DNA of 58,244 bases, taken from contig KZ538622.1 in assembly GCA_000934665.2 (NCBI GenBank), forward strand, positions 1 through 58,244, written 5' to 3'. The stretch comes from Catajapyx aquilonaris (Eukaryota). This document shows positions 23,005 through 37,059 of the stretch, in pieces. Within the stretch, counting starts at the first letter, position 1. Each line of letters starts with the position of its first letter. A model generated the notes under the pieces. It had not been told where the DNA came from. It was given only the letters and a program-made list of their open reading frames with translations, and searched no databases. The translations under genes were made by a program, and so were the position numbers.

Positions 23005-26000
23005 AAATACTTTTCCATAGGAGTAAGTCATCGCTTTGAAGGGCTCCGCCCTATCACGGGATAAATTTAAAAAAACTAATTGATTTGGTAGTTATCTTTG
23101 CAATAATTATGGCTATACAATGTTGGCATACCTGTAACATGGTGCACATTGCATGTGCATTAAGTCCAAACAACACACTATGTCAGAATTATTAGTGTTC
23201 CAGACTTCCCCCTCCTTTAACTTCGACTCTCCCGACCTTCACCGATCTGTGACCTTTCCCTGTGGCACCTTCCCGGGTCCAGATTATCCCTAGGAGGCAG
23301 ATATAAGGCGGGATTCCTTTGATCGAACATGAATTGTGAAACGAATGGAAGCCATCTTGAAAAGAAAGTGACAGAGCAAAGTATCGATACGATCGGAGGT
23401 CAAGTCCAATGAGCTAAAAACCTTCCCCGTTAAAAACTACCCTAATGAACCCCCTGGGGCATATGTCGAGGCCTCCATACTGATTTGCATTGGGAACATA
23501 CAGACATACGTAGTGACATATGTATAACATTCGCTGACTCCCCAACCAACTCGTAAGTGCTATTTGTTCTTTGCTTACTCAAGTAGCAACTTGGGAAAGA
23601 GTAACCCCTACTGGCGGCGGGAGGCCGCAGGGTGAGTGGTGGCTGGGGGCAGCTTGGCTGTGTTGCAAAGGCAAGTATGCAAGAATTGATTTTCTGGATT
23701 TTGGAAGGGGTATGCTGTACCAACCTAACCTAACCAAGCCTAACCTTCCTTCCTTGCGGATACAGACCTATCTTCAGCCATACAGACCTATCTTCAGCGG
23801 ATACACGCCTATCCTTTATCCTTGCCTTTGCGACACGGCCCGCTGCCCCCACTGACTACTACCCTCCCGCCTCCCGCACGCCAGTATGGTCAATTGTATC
23901 ATGAATAAGAAGGCTTATTTACTGTACGATTGTATTGTCTCTTTGGCAGTTTAATTTTACATGGATGTTTACACAAGTATAAGAAAATATATTATTGCTG
24001 ATGTTAATGTTCCTTTTAGTGATGAGGTTGTTAGTCATGTGCTTTACAAAGATTTTTGATATAGTGAGGGGTATTTACAGTGATGATTCTTATTAGGCTA
24101 GAAGAGGGACTTTGTAATACTTATACGAGTATTAACGCTGCTAAGAATAATATACAGTATTAGTTTGTTGTGATGTGGAGAGAGTTAGGCTTGCAGCCGT
24201 GAATTAATGTGGTAGTAGCCCCCATTACTCGATAACGAGGCTGCAGAGACCAAAAAATGACACATATACATAAAATGTCTCTGGTTCCCATGAGTTCACC
24301 CTTTGAAAAGTTGTCGGTTTTATAACGGGGCATTCAGTATAACAAGTTCCAATTGGTCATGACGGTCCGATTTATTTGTCTTATTGTTTAAAGTGTTAGT
24401 TATTTACGAGTAGAAGACTGTGCCCAGCAGAAACTTCTTGATGCATGTTCCTGTCAGAACCAGGTCGGCAGTGTTATTATTCACAATTATTCCGTCCCCA
24501 AGGGGACAGTTTTAAACTGAGCACCTGAAATATTTGATATTAAAACATATTTGACAGAGATGTAATTTTTCAATGTCCAATCCTCTATCAGACAAGACAT
24601 TATTTCAAAAAATTTCATGTGTCGTTCCTTTTGGCAGACTCTAGGAAAATGGCATTGTGTTAATCCATATCCATTAGTTTAGTATATGTCCTTTATAAAA
24701 TCCGATAAAATCAACTGTCAACTAATAATTATTGGGGAAAATTTCCAACATGTTATTATATACGTTCGTGTTTATAAATAATTGAAGCCGCTGCATTGGA
24801 CCGGCCATGTCCACAAATAAATTAATGTCGTTAACAATGTATTAAAAGCCATAAAGTAATTTCTAGAATTAATTGCCAAAACCGAGTTACGCATTGATTT
24901 CAGATTGGCCTCTGGGTGGGAATAGGAATAGCTTTACAAATTTCTAGTGACAATGTCCACCACTAATTCAATTTTTGTGATTCAAAGGTCCCCTCTCCAC
25001 TCCCCCTCCCCTACAGGGTGATAATCCGGTCTATCGCCTTTCTGCGCGAAAACTGCTCATTTGGTAAATAATTCAGCTTAGGGGACGCGTTCAATTACCG
25101 TTTTGTGATTTCAGTCCGGCCCCTAATTTAATATAAATACACAAGCCGCCTGGACTAAAAGCCATTTATTTGCCCTTTCGCAGTCTGTTTATTTTGCATC
25201 ATGTTTGTTGTTTGTCATGCAAAATGGCCGCATCTGCATGTGTATAGCCCCGTCGGCGATAGATTTTCCTTGCCCACACTACAGAGCGTGTCAATTTTGG
25301 CCCCGCGGGTCATAAAGCCAGTTGGCCTTCTGGCTGTCCCGGATCCAGCTTTCCCGGATTATGTTCCGGGTCGGTGGGTGGAAGGGAGGAAGAGAAGGGG
25401 GAGGGGGATCAGCCCCTCTTCCTCCTCCACCTCCCCCCAACATTGCAAATCCGCTGCCTCAGAAGGGAGAGAGAATAGGGTTCCTGGGAGTGGGTCCGCA
25501 GAGGCACCCATTTGTCTTCTGGTCTCATCTAGTGGTAGCTGCCGCTGACAAGAGTGTCCCCAAACCGTCTCAACCCCCAGAAAAACTCTAATACTGCCGC
25601 CACCAATTTCATCTTGTGGACCGGGGGGGGGGGGGGGCCTACCCGAATACTTTCGCAAAAAATAGGAGAAAAACTATATATATATATACACACACACATA
25701 ATTATACTCTACAGCAAGAAAAGGGGGCAGGCTGTCCTTGACCACACAACCCCCTAAGTTTCTTCATAATACACCACCTCCCACATTCTTTTGTGAAGCT
25801 ATTTTTGCGGAATAGAGACTTTCATGGGTAAAAGCGCCATCCAGGGCGACAATGATAAAGTAGTAAACCTGGAGGAGAAAAGGAAGTAGTAGGGAGGGAG
25901 GGAGGGAGGGAGGGACAGTGGAGAAAGTGGGGAGTGTAATATCATTTTGAAAGTAATGAAACGAGTACTTTTAAAAATAACTGTGTGGCAATCTGACTAC

Positions 26001-26078
26001 AGCGGAATGGCAGCAACAAAACTTTGGCATCGTAAAATTGTAATTAATTCTTGTCATAATCATCATCCTCATCATTAA

Positions 26079-26230
26079 GGCGGAAGGGTGGTATAGTAAG
26101 CTTAGTTGGCGACTTCCACCTCTCAGATTCCGAGTTCGATTTCCTGATCGGACTGAGGGTGGAAAGAGTTTTGCCTTATTCGTGTGCGTTTTGTCTCGTT
26201 CCCTGCCACAATTCACCATGTGCAGGTTGT
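26079..26230 (+). mobile_element. Decayed tRNA-derived SINE related to the V-SINE at 50723
   Basis: TGGTATAGTAAG A-box-like, GAGTTCGATTTC B-box-like, then TCGGAC..GTGGAAAGAGTTTT...TTCGTGTGCGTTTT...CCACAAT paralleling 50770-50882. Confidence 0.55.
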
Positions 26231-27843
26231 TGACTGGGTTGAAAATGTTTTCGAATCACTTGTGTAACTGGAATTCCATTTATAACCACTACAGGATAGT
26301 AAGCACAATATTTCAATCAGCCGGTAGGTAGGAGAATCAAGGGATTGTGGTGTGGCCTCTTGACCTTGGTTCCAGTTGTGGTGGGTCTATATGACAGCCG
26401 CAACAGATCCTCGTGTAGTCCTGGGGAGCGAAGCGAGTTGTATCGGATTGAAGGGCCAAGGAATGGATTTTTCGCAGCAAGTGTATGCTTCGTCTCCAAT
26501 CATAAGGTCCATTGGGAAAATGGCAGCTGCTGAGGAGGTCTAAATCCTGCAGGGAGGCCAAGTGGAAAGAGCAAGAAGGGGGTGGAGGGGGAGTCCGAGG
26601 AAAAGAAGCTGAGAGGCAAAGGAGAAGTAACTCCGGGGAGACGGATCCCGGAGCGGGATTGGCGGAAACATTTCCGCTCCGATTGGCCGTAATCTGGGAG
26701 CGGATACCTTGCGGATCTGCACTTGGGTTTGATCGGAAGGCCGGAAAATCCGGGCCCAGAACACGGAGCAGAGAGAGGGGGCCTTTTTCTTCTCCTTCTC
26801 CAGACCAGATTTTCCCTCCTTTGTCTCCGTCCCCTTTCTGGTTACGCCTCTCTGTCACATGTCACGACTACGATCCCAGAATTTTTCTCCGGATGCTCCA
26901 CTTTGCCTTTGAAGGAATTCTCTAATGCCTTTTAGTTTAACTATGCATTAATAGTCTGCACAAAGCTGAGAATGGTGGAAGTGGAAGGGAATGGAATATT
27001 TATTAGTTCAATATTCATCGAATCCTATAAATGTCCATTTCAAAATGTCAAGCCATATTACAAACATTGACGGCTAGTAATGGCCAATGTTCACTGCCTA
27101 ATGAGAATTCATTTTGAATATTCATGACTGCTAAATCTAATGGATTTTGCACGCACTGCAACGAAAGGCAATGAATGAAATAAAAACGGTCATAGGTCTA
27201 ATGTTGCTCTCTGGTATATGAGAAGTAGCATTCTTCGCAATAAAGACTAATAAACTGCTTGTATAAAGTAGAACGTACAATACAAGCCTAAGTTATTATA
27301 TCCTCGTGCAACAATAACCTGGTGCTTCCATTATCACATTCGGAAAATGATATACGTGTTTAAGTTACCGGATTTGAGTTGGTTTCTAAATGGGGTCCCT
27401 CTCGTGAAATGGATGTTTCCACATTATCCAATCGGATTTAGAAAGTCAGAATTATCACCATCTCTTGTGTCCCTTCATTAGCAGAATTGAGATTTTCATT
27501 TGGGAAACTGTGGCACTATTGGGCCCTTTTCATTCTTATCGACTCATTTGTAAACAGCGATAGTAAGCCTCCATACGTTTTACTACAACCACTTTTCGCT
27601 TCAATGTCACTATGAAAATAAAACCAACCGAAGTGAATGGTAAATGAACAAAGTTGCTTTCAATTAAAAAATTTATGGTGAGTGGAATAATTTGGTGCAA
27701 TATTACTAGAAAACAGGCTATTGGGAGGCGAGTTGAGTGGACTGGAATAAGTGTACGGCCGTGTATTACTGCTTGAATTTCAGTAACTTGTACAAGATGT
27801 TTCTTACCCGTGAAACATGCGGCATCCAATGTAGGCCTACTTC

Positions 27844-28092
27844 TGTGGCGGCTCGAGTAGTTATTGCCGCCACCAGAGGGCAGCACTATGTAGGGAGTAA
27901 AGGGATGCCGTCTGGAGGGCAGAGGAGTTGCCTACTGGGAAGGGGCTGGAGAAGGGGCAGACTGAGCTGGGCTTGTAAGAGGCCTCCGAAGTGTCGTGTG
28001 TTCTGAGTGGCCGTGGGCCCCACTGGTGTACTGTACGTAGTGTGAGTTGTGTACTTGTGTGTGGGTGCATTAACCTGTTGAGGGCGACGACA
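27844..28092 (+). mobile_element. Possible solo LTR
   Basis: TGTGGCGGC...GGCGACGACA (TG...CA with imperfect terminal IR), GT-rich 3' part; contains the CTCF-like CCACCAGAGGGCAGCA; TSD not conserved. Confidence 0.35.
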
Positions 28093-28454
28093 ATCATATG
28101 ATGGCCGAGCATGACGCGCCCCAGGGCCTACGACCACCATATGATGGTTTGCTACTTGCGCGCTGATTTGTTCGCATAAAAAGGCGCCAATGACTTTTAA
28201 GCTGCTCTTGCCATGCCATCTCGTGTTGGTAGTTCAACTATCACGCACTGCCTGATTGTCTTGAATCAGTAAGGTAAGATGGATGCTGCAGCCCCCTGTT
28301 GCCTGAGAGACAAATCTCTGGCGTCAGGCGGTAAGAGGGAGTGACCAGACCCGACCAGACCTTAGTATTCTAAGGCCATGGTTGAGAAGATCTTGGAAGC
28401 TATCCGGCCAATCAGAAATGGGCCCCTATCAGTGCGGCTCCGCTCCCCTCGCCT

Positions 28455-28757
28455 CGTCAGGAGTAGTAGAAATAACAGCTACTTTGCAATAACTGTTATT
28501 TAATTAACAGTTACTGAAAATAATTGTAACTGCGCAGCAGCTATAGATATTCTGCTATATTCGAGCACTGAAAATATTGAAAAACGTGAGAAGTAATGGG
28601 AGAGACTTAATGTATCAGAGGTAGGGGCGGTAGAATAACTATAGCGGAATCGCATTAGCTGCTACTGAGTCGCAAATAGCATAATAACTTACTGCTACTG
28701 AGTTGCAGCTATTTCAACTGTTATTACAAAGTCACTGTTATTTACACTGCTCCGACG
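28455..28757. mobile_element. MITE with imperfect TIRs of about 40 bp and AATAACAG/CTGTTATT repeats
   Basis: CGTCAGGAGTAGTAGAAATAACAGCTACTTTGCAATAAC pairs with GTTATTACAAAGTCACTGTTATTTACACTGCTCCGACG. Confidence 0.6.
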
Positions 28758-31700
28758 ACGGACCTTTGTCCTGAGAGTTGCACATTGCGCGTGCCCTTGT
28801 TCGCATGCATTTCAAGTAACCGTAACTGTTATTTCAAGTAATAGTTATTTCAAGTAGCCTAACTCCTAATCGCATTTCCGAAATAGGCGGGGGGGGGGGG
28901 GGNNNGGGGGGGGGGGGGGGGGGGCTCAGGCCATGGGTAATGCACTTGTAAAGAAAACCCAGTACTCAACAGGTTAAAGACAGTTTTACCAGAAACTGTG
29001 AGTCTCCTTTTGGGGGTATTTGTCGCAAAATGGGACTGGGGCTAAGTCACTTGGGTTAAATGGACCTTGTCTCACGTAGCCTCGCTGCCAGGCCGGGTGG
29101 GACGAGGCTACACTTCTTTGGCCAAAACAATCGTAGAATGTAATGTAGGAAATGTCGAGAGACCAACCGGTAACGACCTAGACAACGATGAATGTTTGAG
29201 TGCCCCTAGGCACGCGCGGAAACTTACATATCAGTTGTCGGCAGGCAGAGTGACCCGTGCAGATTCAGTGACTTGGCAGAAAGCATATTAATAATTATGA
29301 GCTCGGGCTAAGGTTGGGGCTTGGGTGGGAACAATAGTCATTGCGCGTATTCCTCAGACTACAGTATTCTTAAATCCAAACATTTGAGCTTTAAAAATCA
29401 TAAACCCGTACGAGAGGGGGAGGGGGGGTTGGCCATTATATCAAAGGACATAATATGGAATTAAATTTTGCGACTGACTTGATTAGTGTCCTCCCATGTC
29501 ATGACTGGGTCATGAGACCGCGTATTTTTTTGTACCCCGTGCTAGGGGCCCGAGGCCCTCTTAGGGGAGTGGAATACCACCATCCGGTGCAGGGGAGAGG
29601 ACAGGGATAATGAGGAGGGGACACTGGTGCAAGTCCTTTCGTCCTTCGGAGAAGACTTGCTGGCTTATTAATTTACAGGTTGTAGTGCCCCACGATGAAG
29701 ACGTCAGAGACACCACGTATAATGACCAAGAACACATGGCGGTTAAGGTTTAACAGCCACTGCATTCGGGACACATACTTCACGCGTCCGTTCAGGAGAA
29801 CACCCGGTCAAGAACTAAACATTCCAAACAACGCCCATGGACACCAAAACAACATTAACAAACTAGTGTCCAGACAACAGTCAAGTGTCCTGCTTCCAGG
29901 ACACTACAAGGCGTAATAGGAAGAAAATAAGAACGTAGACACTCGCAATCTGACTCACACTTTCTTGATAAGAGAGAAAGTGACGTCTCCTTTAGTTGCA
30001 ATGATGGTTTTCAAGAGCATAGTGTGCATGGAGTTGAAGAGATTAGTTCTATCCAGTCATAAATATTACTATTGCCACTTTTTGTGTAAGTTACTCCGCG
30101 TGTCCATATCAGGTGGGAGATTTAAAATGTTGAAAATCTATATTCAAAGCAGAATATACAGTAAGTTATTTGCTTTTATTTCCACCGATTGGCTGCTTTC
30201 ACCATTACAGTCACGTTCAGATCGGGTGCTATACTGGGCTACTACCTGAAAGTCTCTGTAATACAAAAAAGGAGGAAGGGGGCGGGGGATGCGCCTTTGC
30301 TCACCTGAGAGGTGGCTCTTGGTGTGCTGAGATTAAGCAAAGGTAGTGATATGAGCAGTACTTGTGATCCTATCCCCTGAATACAGCTTGCGACACTGGC
30401 ATGTTATTGGCTACTGATGTCTGCTACACTTACGGAGACAGAAGATGACAAAAAAGTTACATGGTAACACCTTCATTTCAAACTGGAAAGGTTCAAGCGG
30501 AAAGACGCAGATCTGCCAGGATATTTTTTATTCCTTGTACAGTTATGCAGCTTGTTATCGCGATAACAGGCTAAATATACCAAATGATATCTTCAAAAAT
30601 AATAAAGTAATATTTTCTCCATAGGAGTTCATCCGCGAATTATATCAGAATCATTATGAAATACATTGCGATAATTCTAAGTTACCGTATTTCATAAAGA
30701 ACGGAAGAGATAAACCTTCCTTTAAAATCGTGCATACTTATTTTGTTGGAGTAACTGGAATCCTTGTTGCAGTTCCTAGTGCTTTTTTGCAACGGTTTTT
30801 CTATGAAGGAAATATCTGATTTCTTTCACGCTTCCATGCCATTATCCGATGTCGATATGAGCTACCGTATTCAGGAAATATGCATTGGAAGAATATACCA
30901 TTTCAAAATGCGAGGCAGCAGGAATGTTCCGGGAATTGTAACGCTCACAAAGGAAATAAGTGTTGTACTTCAATGCAGAACTAGATCTATTGCTTCAAAT
31001 GCAGCGAGCTCATTTTGTTCTTGTGAAACAATAATTGCTTGCAATTTTACAGATTGGCATGAAATATTTTTGACTGGATTACCAAAGGTCATAAATTGAT
31101 TATGACTATGTGCTCTAGATATCAGGACCATTTGCTCTTTGGTATAGTGTGCATTTTTTCAAGATATTCGCTGCATCTTGTCTAAATGGTGTGGACAAAT
31201 CTGTACATCCCTACTGTCATTCCACAGGGACTGAACCGCACCTCCACAAGTGACCACTCCCCCGCACCTTTTTCTCTGGAATGAAATTCAAGATGGCGTC
31301 TCCTTCCCTTTTGTCCTAGCTGGAATCTGTGCACCATTTGACTGTGATGAGTTGGGCAGTTGCATCCCAGAACAGAAGCCGTCTCGTGACAAGATGGTTC
31401 CTGCTTCTGTCCTACAGCCAGAGAAAGGGGTGGGAGGGGAAAAAGGAAAGAGAGGCTGCGCTGCCATCAAAATTCGCCTCCATTGATCAAGGAAAGAGCG
31501 GCGCCGCACGAGTTTTATATCCTACCCCTAGCCAGCCCCAGCCCCACAGCAACACCGACCTCCCTCCCTCCCCTTCCCTCCCCTTCCCTCCCCTTCCCTC
31601 CCCCTGCCTTCCTCCAACCAACCCACCTCCTTAATCCCCAGGCCAAAAAGGAGTATGAGGCGCGCTGGGAAGCTGAGCTGGATTACTTTACTCGGTTTCT

Positions 31701-32446
31701 GCTCGGCCAACGCCCTTTTCCCTTCCTCCCAAATGCGACTCTTCCTTTTTTCCCCTTCACTTTTTTCCTTTCTCCCTTTTTCTGCGCGTATTTATGACTG
31801 CGTTGCGCCCCACCTAAGTCTCTCTTCAGCATATGCCGTCCTACTGCTCACGCCTTCCTAAACTTAAATTGCACCCGACGAAAAAAGAATAAAAAACTTC
31901 TTCCTGGCCCATATCTTTATTGGAATCGACCCAGCCCAGAGGGAAATCTGCTTAATTTTGGCAGTTCTGCTAGATTACCCTTTGATCAACTTGCTTTGAA
32001 TTTGTTTTGCTGCATAAAAATTTTGGTTATATGCAAAAGAAATAATTAGAGGGCAATCACTCTAGCTATCCAGGTTTACTTTCAAAGGAGTCCAGTGAGA
32101 TAGAGAAAGCCAGACAGTTCAAGAAAAATCAGGGCCGTCAATGGCGAATCAGGAAATCCCCAGGCCCGTAAATACAGAGTATACGTTTTTATGCAGGTAA
32201 GTTTTCTAGTGGAAGACAACACTCTGGGTATTCAAACATTATGCAACTTGCTAATAAGGTCAGTCTGAAAGTAAGTCACATTTGGTGGTATGCGCCTGCA
32301 ACCACAATACCGCGAGTGGAATGCATCAGTTTATCACGATATCTTTGGCCTTACCTCACGATAAAAAATATTCCTTAAAAAGTGCAATTTGCCATAATTA
32401 TAAGAATGTGCCTTGTTCACAAGGCCGCCTAAAATCTAATACTAGT

Positions 32447-32765
32447 GGGGAGGTGCGGTGGCCGAGATGGTAACGTCTCGGCTTGCTGAGTGAAAGGTCC
32501 CAGGTTCTAACCCCACCTGGGAGTTCCCTTTCACCTGCGTCGGGAGGGTCTCTGACCCGCACCTTGGAGGTCTGCCAACCTAACCTTCTGGGGAACACCA
32601 CATGTCCCAGTCTGAGACAATGCACTTGCACGTTGCACCCATGTTCCCTCCCCAATAATCCCTATCAACACCCAATTTTCCTGATTTCCCTGCACCAGAG
32701 TCTGAAGTAAATAAGAAAATTTCTGAGAAGCCTCGGGCTCTATCACGGGGTAAGTGCAAAAAAAA
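32447..32765 (+). mobile_element. tRNA-derived SINE (family C), copy 1
   Basis: GGTGGCCGAGATGG A-box, GGTTCTAACCCC B-box, 3' CTATCACGGGGTAAG plus A tail; homologous to 46905-47360. Confidence 0.8.
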
Positions 32766-33614
32766 TCCAATAGCCTACAAGTTGTATAATGTAATAAATT
32801 CCGATGCAAAAAAGTTTGACGCAGTATGCCTGGACACATACAAAAATTATTCGATAAATCACGATCTAAGATTTCACAAGTGACACGAGATTCAATGATG
32901 GCTTCGTTTCCGACAAGGTTTCCGACAGTGAAACTTGATGGTTGCTGACGTTTTTAAAGCACCGGTTGTCATAATTTGGTCTCACCTCTCACTGCATTAT
33001 AATTAACTCTACAAATTGGCTGAGTCTGGATGTATTACTTTAATATATGACGTCAGGAAAAATCAGTTCACGTAAATAATATGGGACTCCCATTATCCAA
33101 ACTCATATCATTATTACAAATTAGTTATGAGACCTAATACAGCAGCTGGTCGTTTGAATCTCATTGTACAATTATTACAAAGATTCGACTATTGTCGAAT
33201 CAAAAACATGCCAATAGACCAGTTTATAAACATGCAGGTTTAGGGCAACATTATTTGTAGAGAAAACACTAGTTTTACAGATTTTTAGAATAGTGCCCAT
33301 AAGGAATATTGGCGAAGTCTGAAAGAAGTAGGCCTAGTGCTGGAAATGAGCATACTACAGTGACCCACCCCGATGGAGGGCACTATGGTGGGGTTGTCAT
33401 ATCTAACATACTGTACAACATGTGTTTATATTTGAATAAGGAGCATGGATTCGGAGATAAAGACGTGAAACTACGTACACTAGTTCTTTGGGACACTTCT
33501 GAGTATATATGGACTTGGGGCCACGATGACCGACCCCGCTGGATGCCACTATCGCTATGTTGCACTATGTTGCACATTCTGTTAGACATGGCAACCCTGC
33601 GAGTGATCCACAGG

Positions 33615-33860
33615 GGGGTCAGTCATCATGGTCCCACATCTAGACATGTTCAGAAGTGTCCAAAGACCAATTGTGGCGAGTTTCATGTTTTTATCACCGA
33701 ATACAAGGTCCTAAAGGATGCTGCACCTGGTAGTTATGGCAACCTTGCGAAAGTGACCTCCACCAGAGTGGTTCATCGTGGCCCCACGTCCAGATATGAT
33801 CAGAAGTGTCCAAAGAACAAGTGTACCGAGTTTAATACTTTTGTCACAAAATGCACAGTT
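33615..33860. repeat. Two diverged direct repeats of about 90 bp within a probable DNA-transposon remnant
   Basis: TCATC(A/G)TGG(T/C)CCCAC..TCAGAAGTGTCCAAAGA..GAGTTT..T(A/G)TCAC at about 33624 and 33774. Confidence 0.6.
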
Positions 33861-36593
33861 CAAACCCTTAGCACCCTGACTAAATGGATATATCACAACT
33901 TGTTGGTGTGCATTTAAGCCCAGTTTATATAATTTAGGTAAAATCCATGTTGCGTATTATGGAAATGACACATTACACATAACAGGTCGAAAGTGATCGT
34001 TAATTTTTATTAATACAAAATAAATGGCATATGAAAATAATGGTTACATTACTCCAACAAAATAATGGTCACGGCAATAAACAATAACCGCAATAAAATG
34101 GTCCAATTAGAAGGTGAAAGCAAATGGAAGTGATATTGACGTATTTTTCGTCATATGGTCGTAGGAGTCAGCCATATTAAGGTTATCACTTGGCCCCACT
34201 TGCACTGATGGGAAAGTATTGGTCTGAAGAGAAATAGAAATGCTTGTCAGTTCGTTGCAATCAGTTCAATACTTCAGAGTCATTCTTCCTTACACACAGG
34301 CCACCCCCGCGGTGCAGCTCTTTTATCCGGAAGTTCAAACACAATCATGACTGCTATTTCCTAGTTATAGCTGCTGGCCTGCTCTTATTCTCAGGCAGGG
34401 ATTCAATTGCAGATTGAATGAGAATGTAGGCTTTAAGTGCCCATATAGTAGGCTACTCGGGCAGCTCGGCGAGGTCCTACTTTTGTGGAATCGAAATACT
34501 CCTTTGTCAATAATAAATTAAAGCCTATTCCTATCATTTCGGTGACCCATAACGTCATGTTCTTTGCTAGAACAAAGCGTATCTACGAATAATATTGCAC
34601 CACTGTATAATAAATAGGTAGTTACTAATAGGCAACACGAGAATCATTGAAATGAATAATAATCATTTTCTTACGGATACACTGCTCTTTGACTTTTTCC
34701 TCGCTTTGTACGTGAAAAATGACTTTTCTTTCCCTACTTAGGCGGAGTGGTTGACTTGAGCTGGTGTTCATTTCGTCAGTATAATATTATCCCGAAGTGT
34801 CGCTTATAATAGTACAAGACAGGCAAAAAATGTACGTAGTTTCTGGCAAAAGTGAGCGAGATTTGTGGATCTCGCTAAATGAAATCAATGATCCACGACC
34901 CCCACAAGAGCCATTCGCATTCGGAATAGCCGACTTGACTCATCGATCCGGGAAACTCTGGGTACGGGTGATGGGACCTGGGTTGGTTCGGGGTGGGGGT
35001 GGGGAGGAAGGGAAGCGTGAGGGGAGTGGATTTAGGGTCTTCTTGGGAGCTCATCCCCCCCCCCTCCCTTCACTCTCACTCACCCTCACACACACACACA
35101 CCCACGACCCACACACACCCACACACGCTCGCGCGCGCGCGCCCGTGCCCCCTAATTAAGAGCTTGTTTAGCTTGCTTGCCACGACAGCAAAGCGCCAAC
35201 TCCTTGGCAATTCCGCCGCTTGTTATTCGCGGGAAACACCCTGCTCCTCTTTGTTCCGGGGACGGACTCACTCGTGGCCAACATTACTAATTAGCCACCA
35301 GCCTTTTGTTTGCTCCTCCTCTTTCCCGCCAAACCCACCGCCATTTTTAAAACCCCTTCCGTCCCGCCACCCTCTCCACCAGAACCCCCAAAAACATCCG
35401 GGGATGAACAAGAAAACGTCAGGCATGAGCCGGCTCACTCTCAAAGTTCAGAGTTTCTCTGAATTAGGGGAGGAGGGGGAGGAGGGTAAGGGGGTGGCGT
35501 CTAGAGGGGGTGCGGAAGATAGTTCTGCAACCTTGCAACAAAGCGAGTGGGTTTTTAATCACGGCCCAAGTCCCGGAAACTCTAAACAGGCACTTGAACG
35601 AACTCGACTCACTTCGTGTATAAAATAGCTCAATTAAAGTTTCCTGTTAGGAAAGAGGGTTGCCTAACAATGGGGTCGGTATAAATGGGAGTCATTAGTC
35701 GCCTCTGGAATCGCTATGGGAAAAAATCGATGTGACTAATGGCCACGGTGAGAAAAGGTGGGCCAAAGAGGTGAGGCTTCTCGGAATGTTGCAACGGCCT
35801 ATTGTTTTGGATGGTTATATCATAAGTGTAGACTGAGGTTGGCTGCCGCTACCGCTTTTCTTTGTTTACATTACGCTGTTATTATACCAGGGATACACCC
35901 ATGTTTCTAAAGCTGATTCTTGTAAACCGAATTACTACAGGCATATGCTACAACTGAATGTGAAGAATCGTGCAAACAGAGTATATCTCCGGTGAACTTT
36001 CACCGAACATAATTGCCAAGTGTTTTCTTTGCATCACGAAATGAGCACTTTACTCATTTCTAGTTTAAACATGTTATAATGTAAAAACAGCAGATTGCTA
36101 CATCCACCTCCGACTCTCCGTAAAATTTCACATGCATAATCATCCCATTTGGAAAAAGTGCGAGAGCTATAGTATAGAACTATTACGTTGATCTGATAAA
36201 CATTCAAGTATCAAAACAAGGTTATACTCTAGCAAGGATGCTCATCAGTAGCCTACACTGCTATAGACCCATACTATCTCCAACATGAAAAGTCATACCC
36301 CTTCCATCGCGTTATTTTACTGCTACCAGCTCTTCGGACAATCCCACGCTATAATTTAGGCGATAAGAAATTTGCAAAGAAAGTGAGTTGCCATGCTCTG
36401 CACATAATACAGGGTGGGTGGGAAGTACGTAGGCACTGGGAAATTGCTGCGACTTCTATATTTTTAATTCGAAGATAATGAAAATAATTTCGACATGTAC
36501 TATCGCATTCAAATACTTTTGGCCACTTTATCATGGTCTTGAAGCAACCATTCGCACAGACCCCACGTTAAGGAGGTGTGTGTGGGTGATCAG

Positions 36594-36925
36594 GTCTTGA
36601 CTAAGGTCTGGGGACGGAAGTCTGTGGTTTTACTGTAGCTGTGGGGACCAGTTCCAATTGTGGGGACATTTGTCGGTCCCCACAGTCTCACACACGCGAA
36701 GTGTACCATTACAGTGGGGACATGTGTAAATTAGTGGGGACATGTCCCCACTATTTTCATTTGTAGGGTTTCACAAAAGTCCATTTTTCTCAGCCTAGGT
36801 TACTTAGGGTAGGGTAGGTTAGGTAGGGTACGGTAGGTTAGGTTAGGTTAGGTTAGGTTAGGTTAGATCAGTTTACACTCGCAGTGAAAAGTGATCAATG
36901 TCCGTCCCCACGCCTTAGTCAAGAC
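36594..36925 (+). mobile_element. (GT)n-flanked TTAGG-bearing element, copy 2
   Basis: Perfect IR GTCTTGACTAAGG / CCTTAGTCAAGAC; (GGGTA)n(TTAGG)n at about 36797-36866; GT tracts at about 36576-36588 and 36930-36952. Confidence 0.8.
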
Positions 36926-37059
36926 AAGAGTGCGTGTGTGTGTGTGTGTGTGAAGGGTTACCGTACTTCAAGACCAGGATGAAGTGGCCAAAAGTATTTG
37001 AACCCGATAGTACCTTTTTAAATATGAATATCTTAAAATTCGATGTAGGCACCGGTGGT

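Noticed and set aside
30540..30900. LINE RT remnant (FADE and QQG-like motifs on the minus strand)
   Set aside because: Too degenerate to support by eye.
33309..33917. 202-aa ORF with apparent repeated Cys/His motifs
   Set aside because: The peptide repeat mirrors a DNA direct repeat in a probable non-autonomous transposon; TTG start and no recognisable domain.
36797..36866. True telomere or chromosome-fusion site
   Set aside because: The TTAGG tracts are short, mixed with GGGTA, and internal to a dispersed element.
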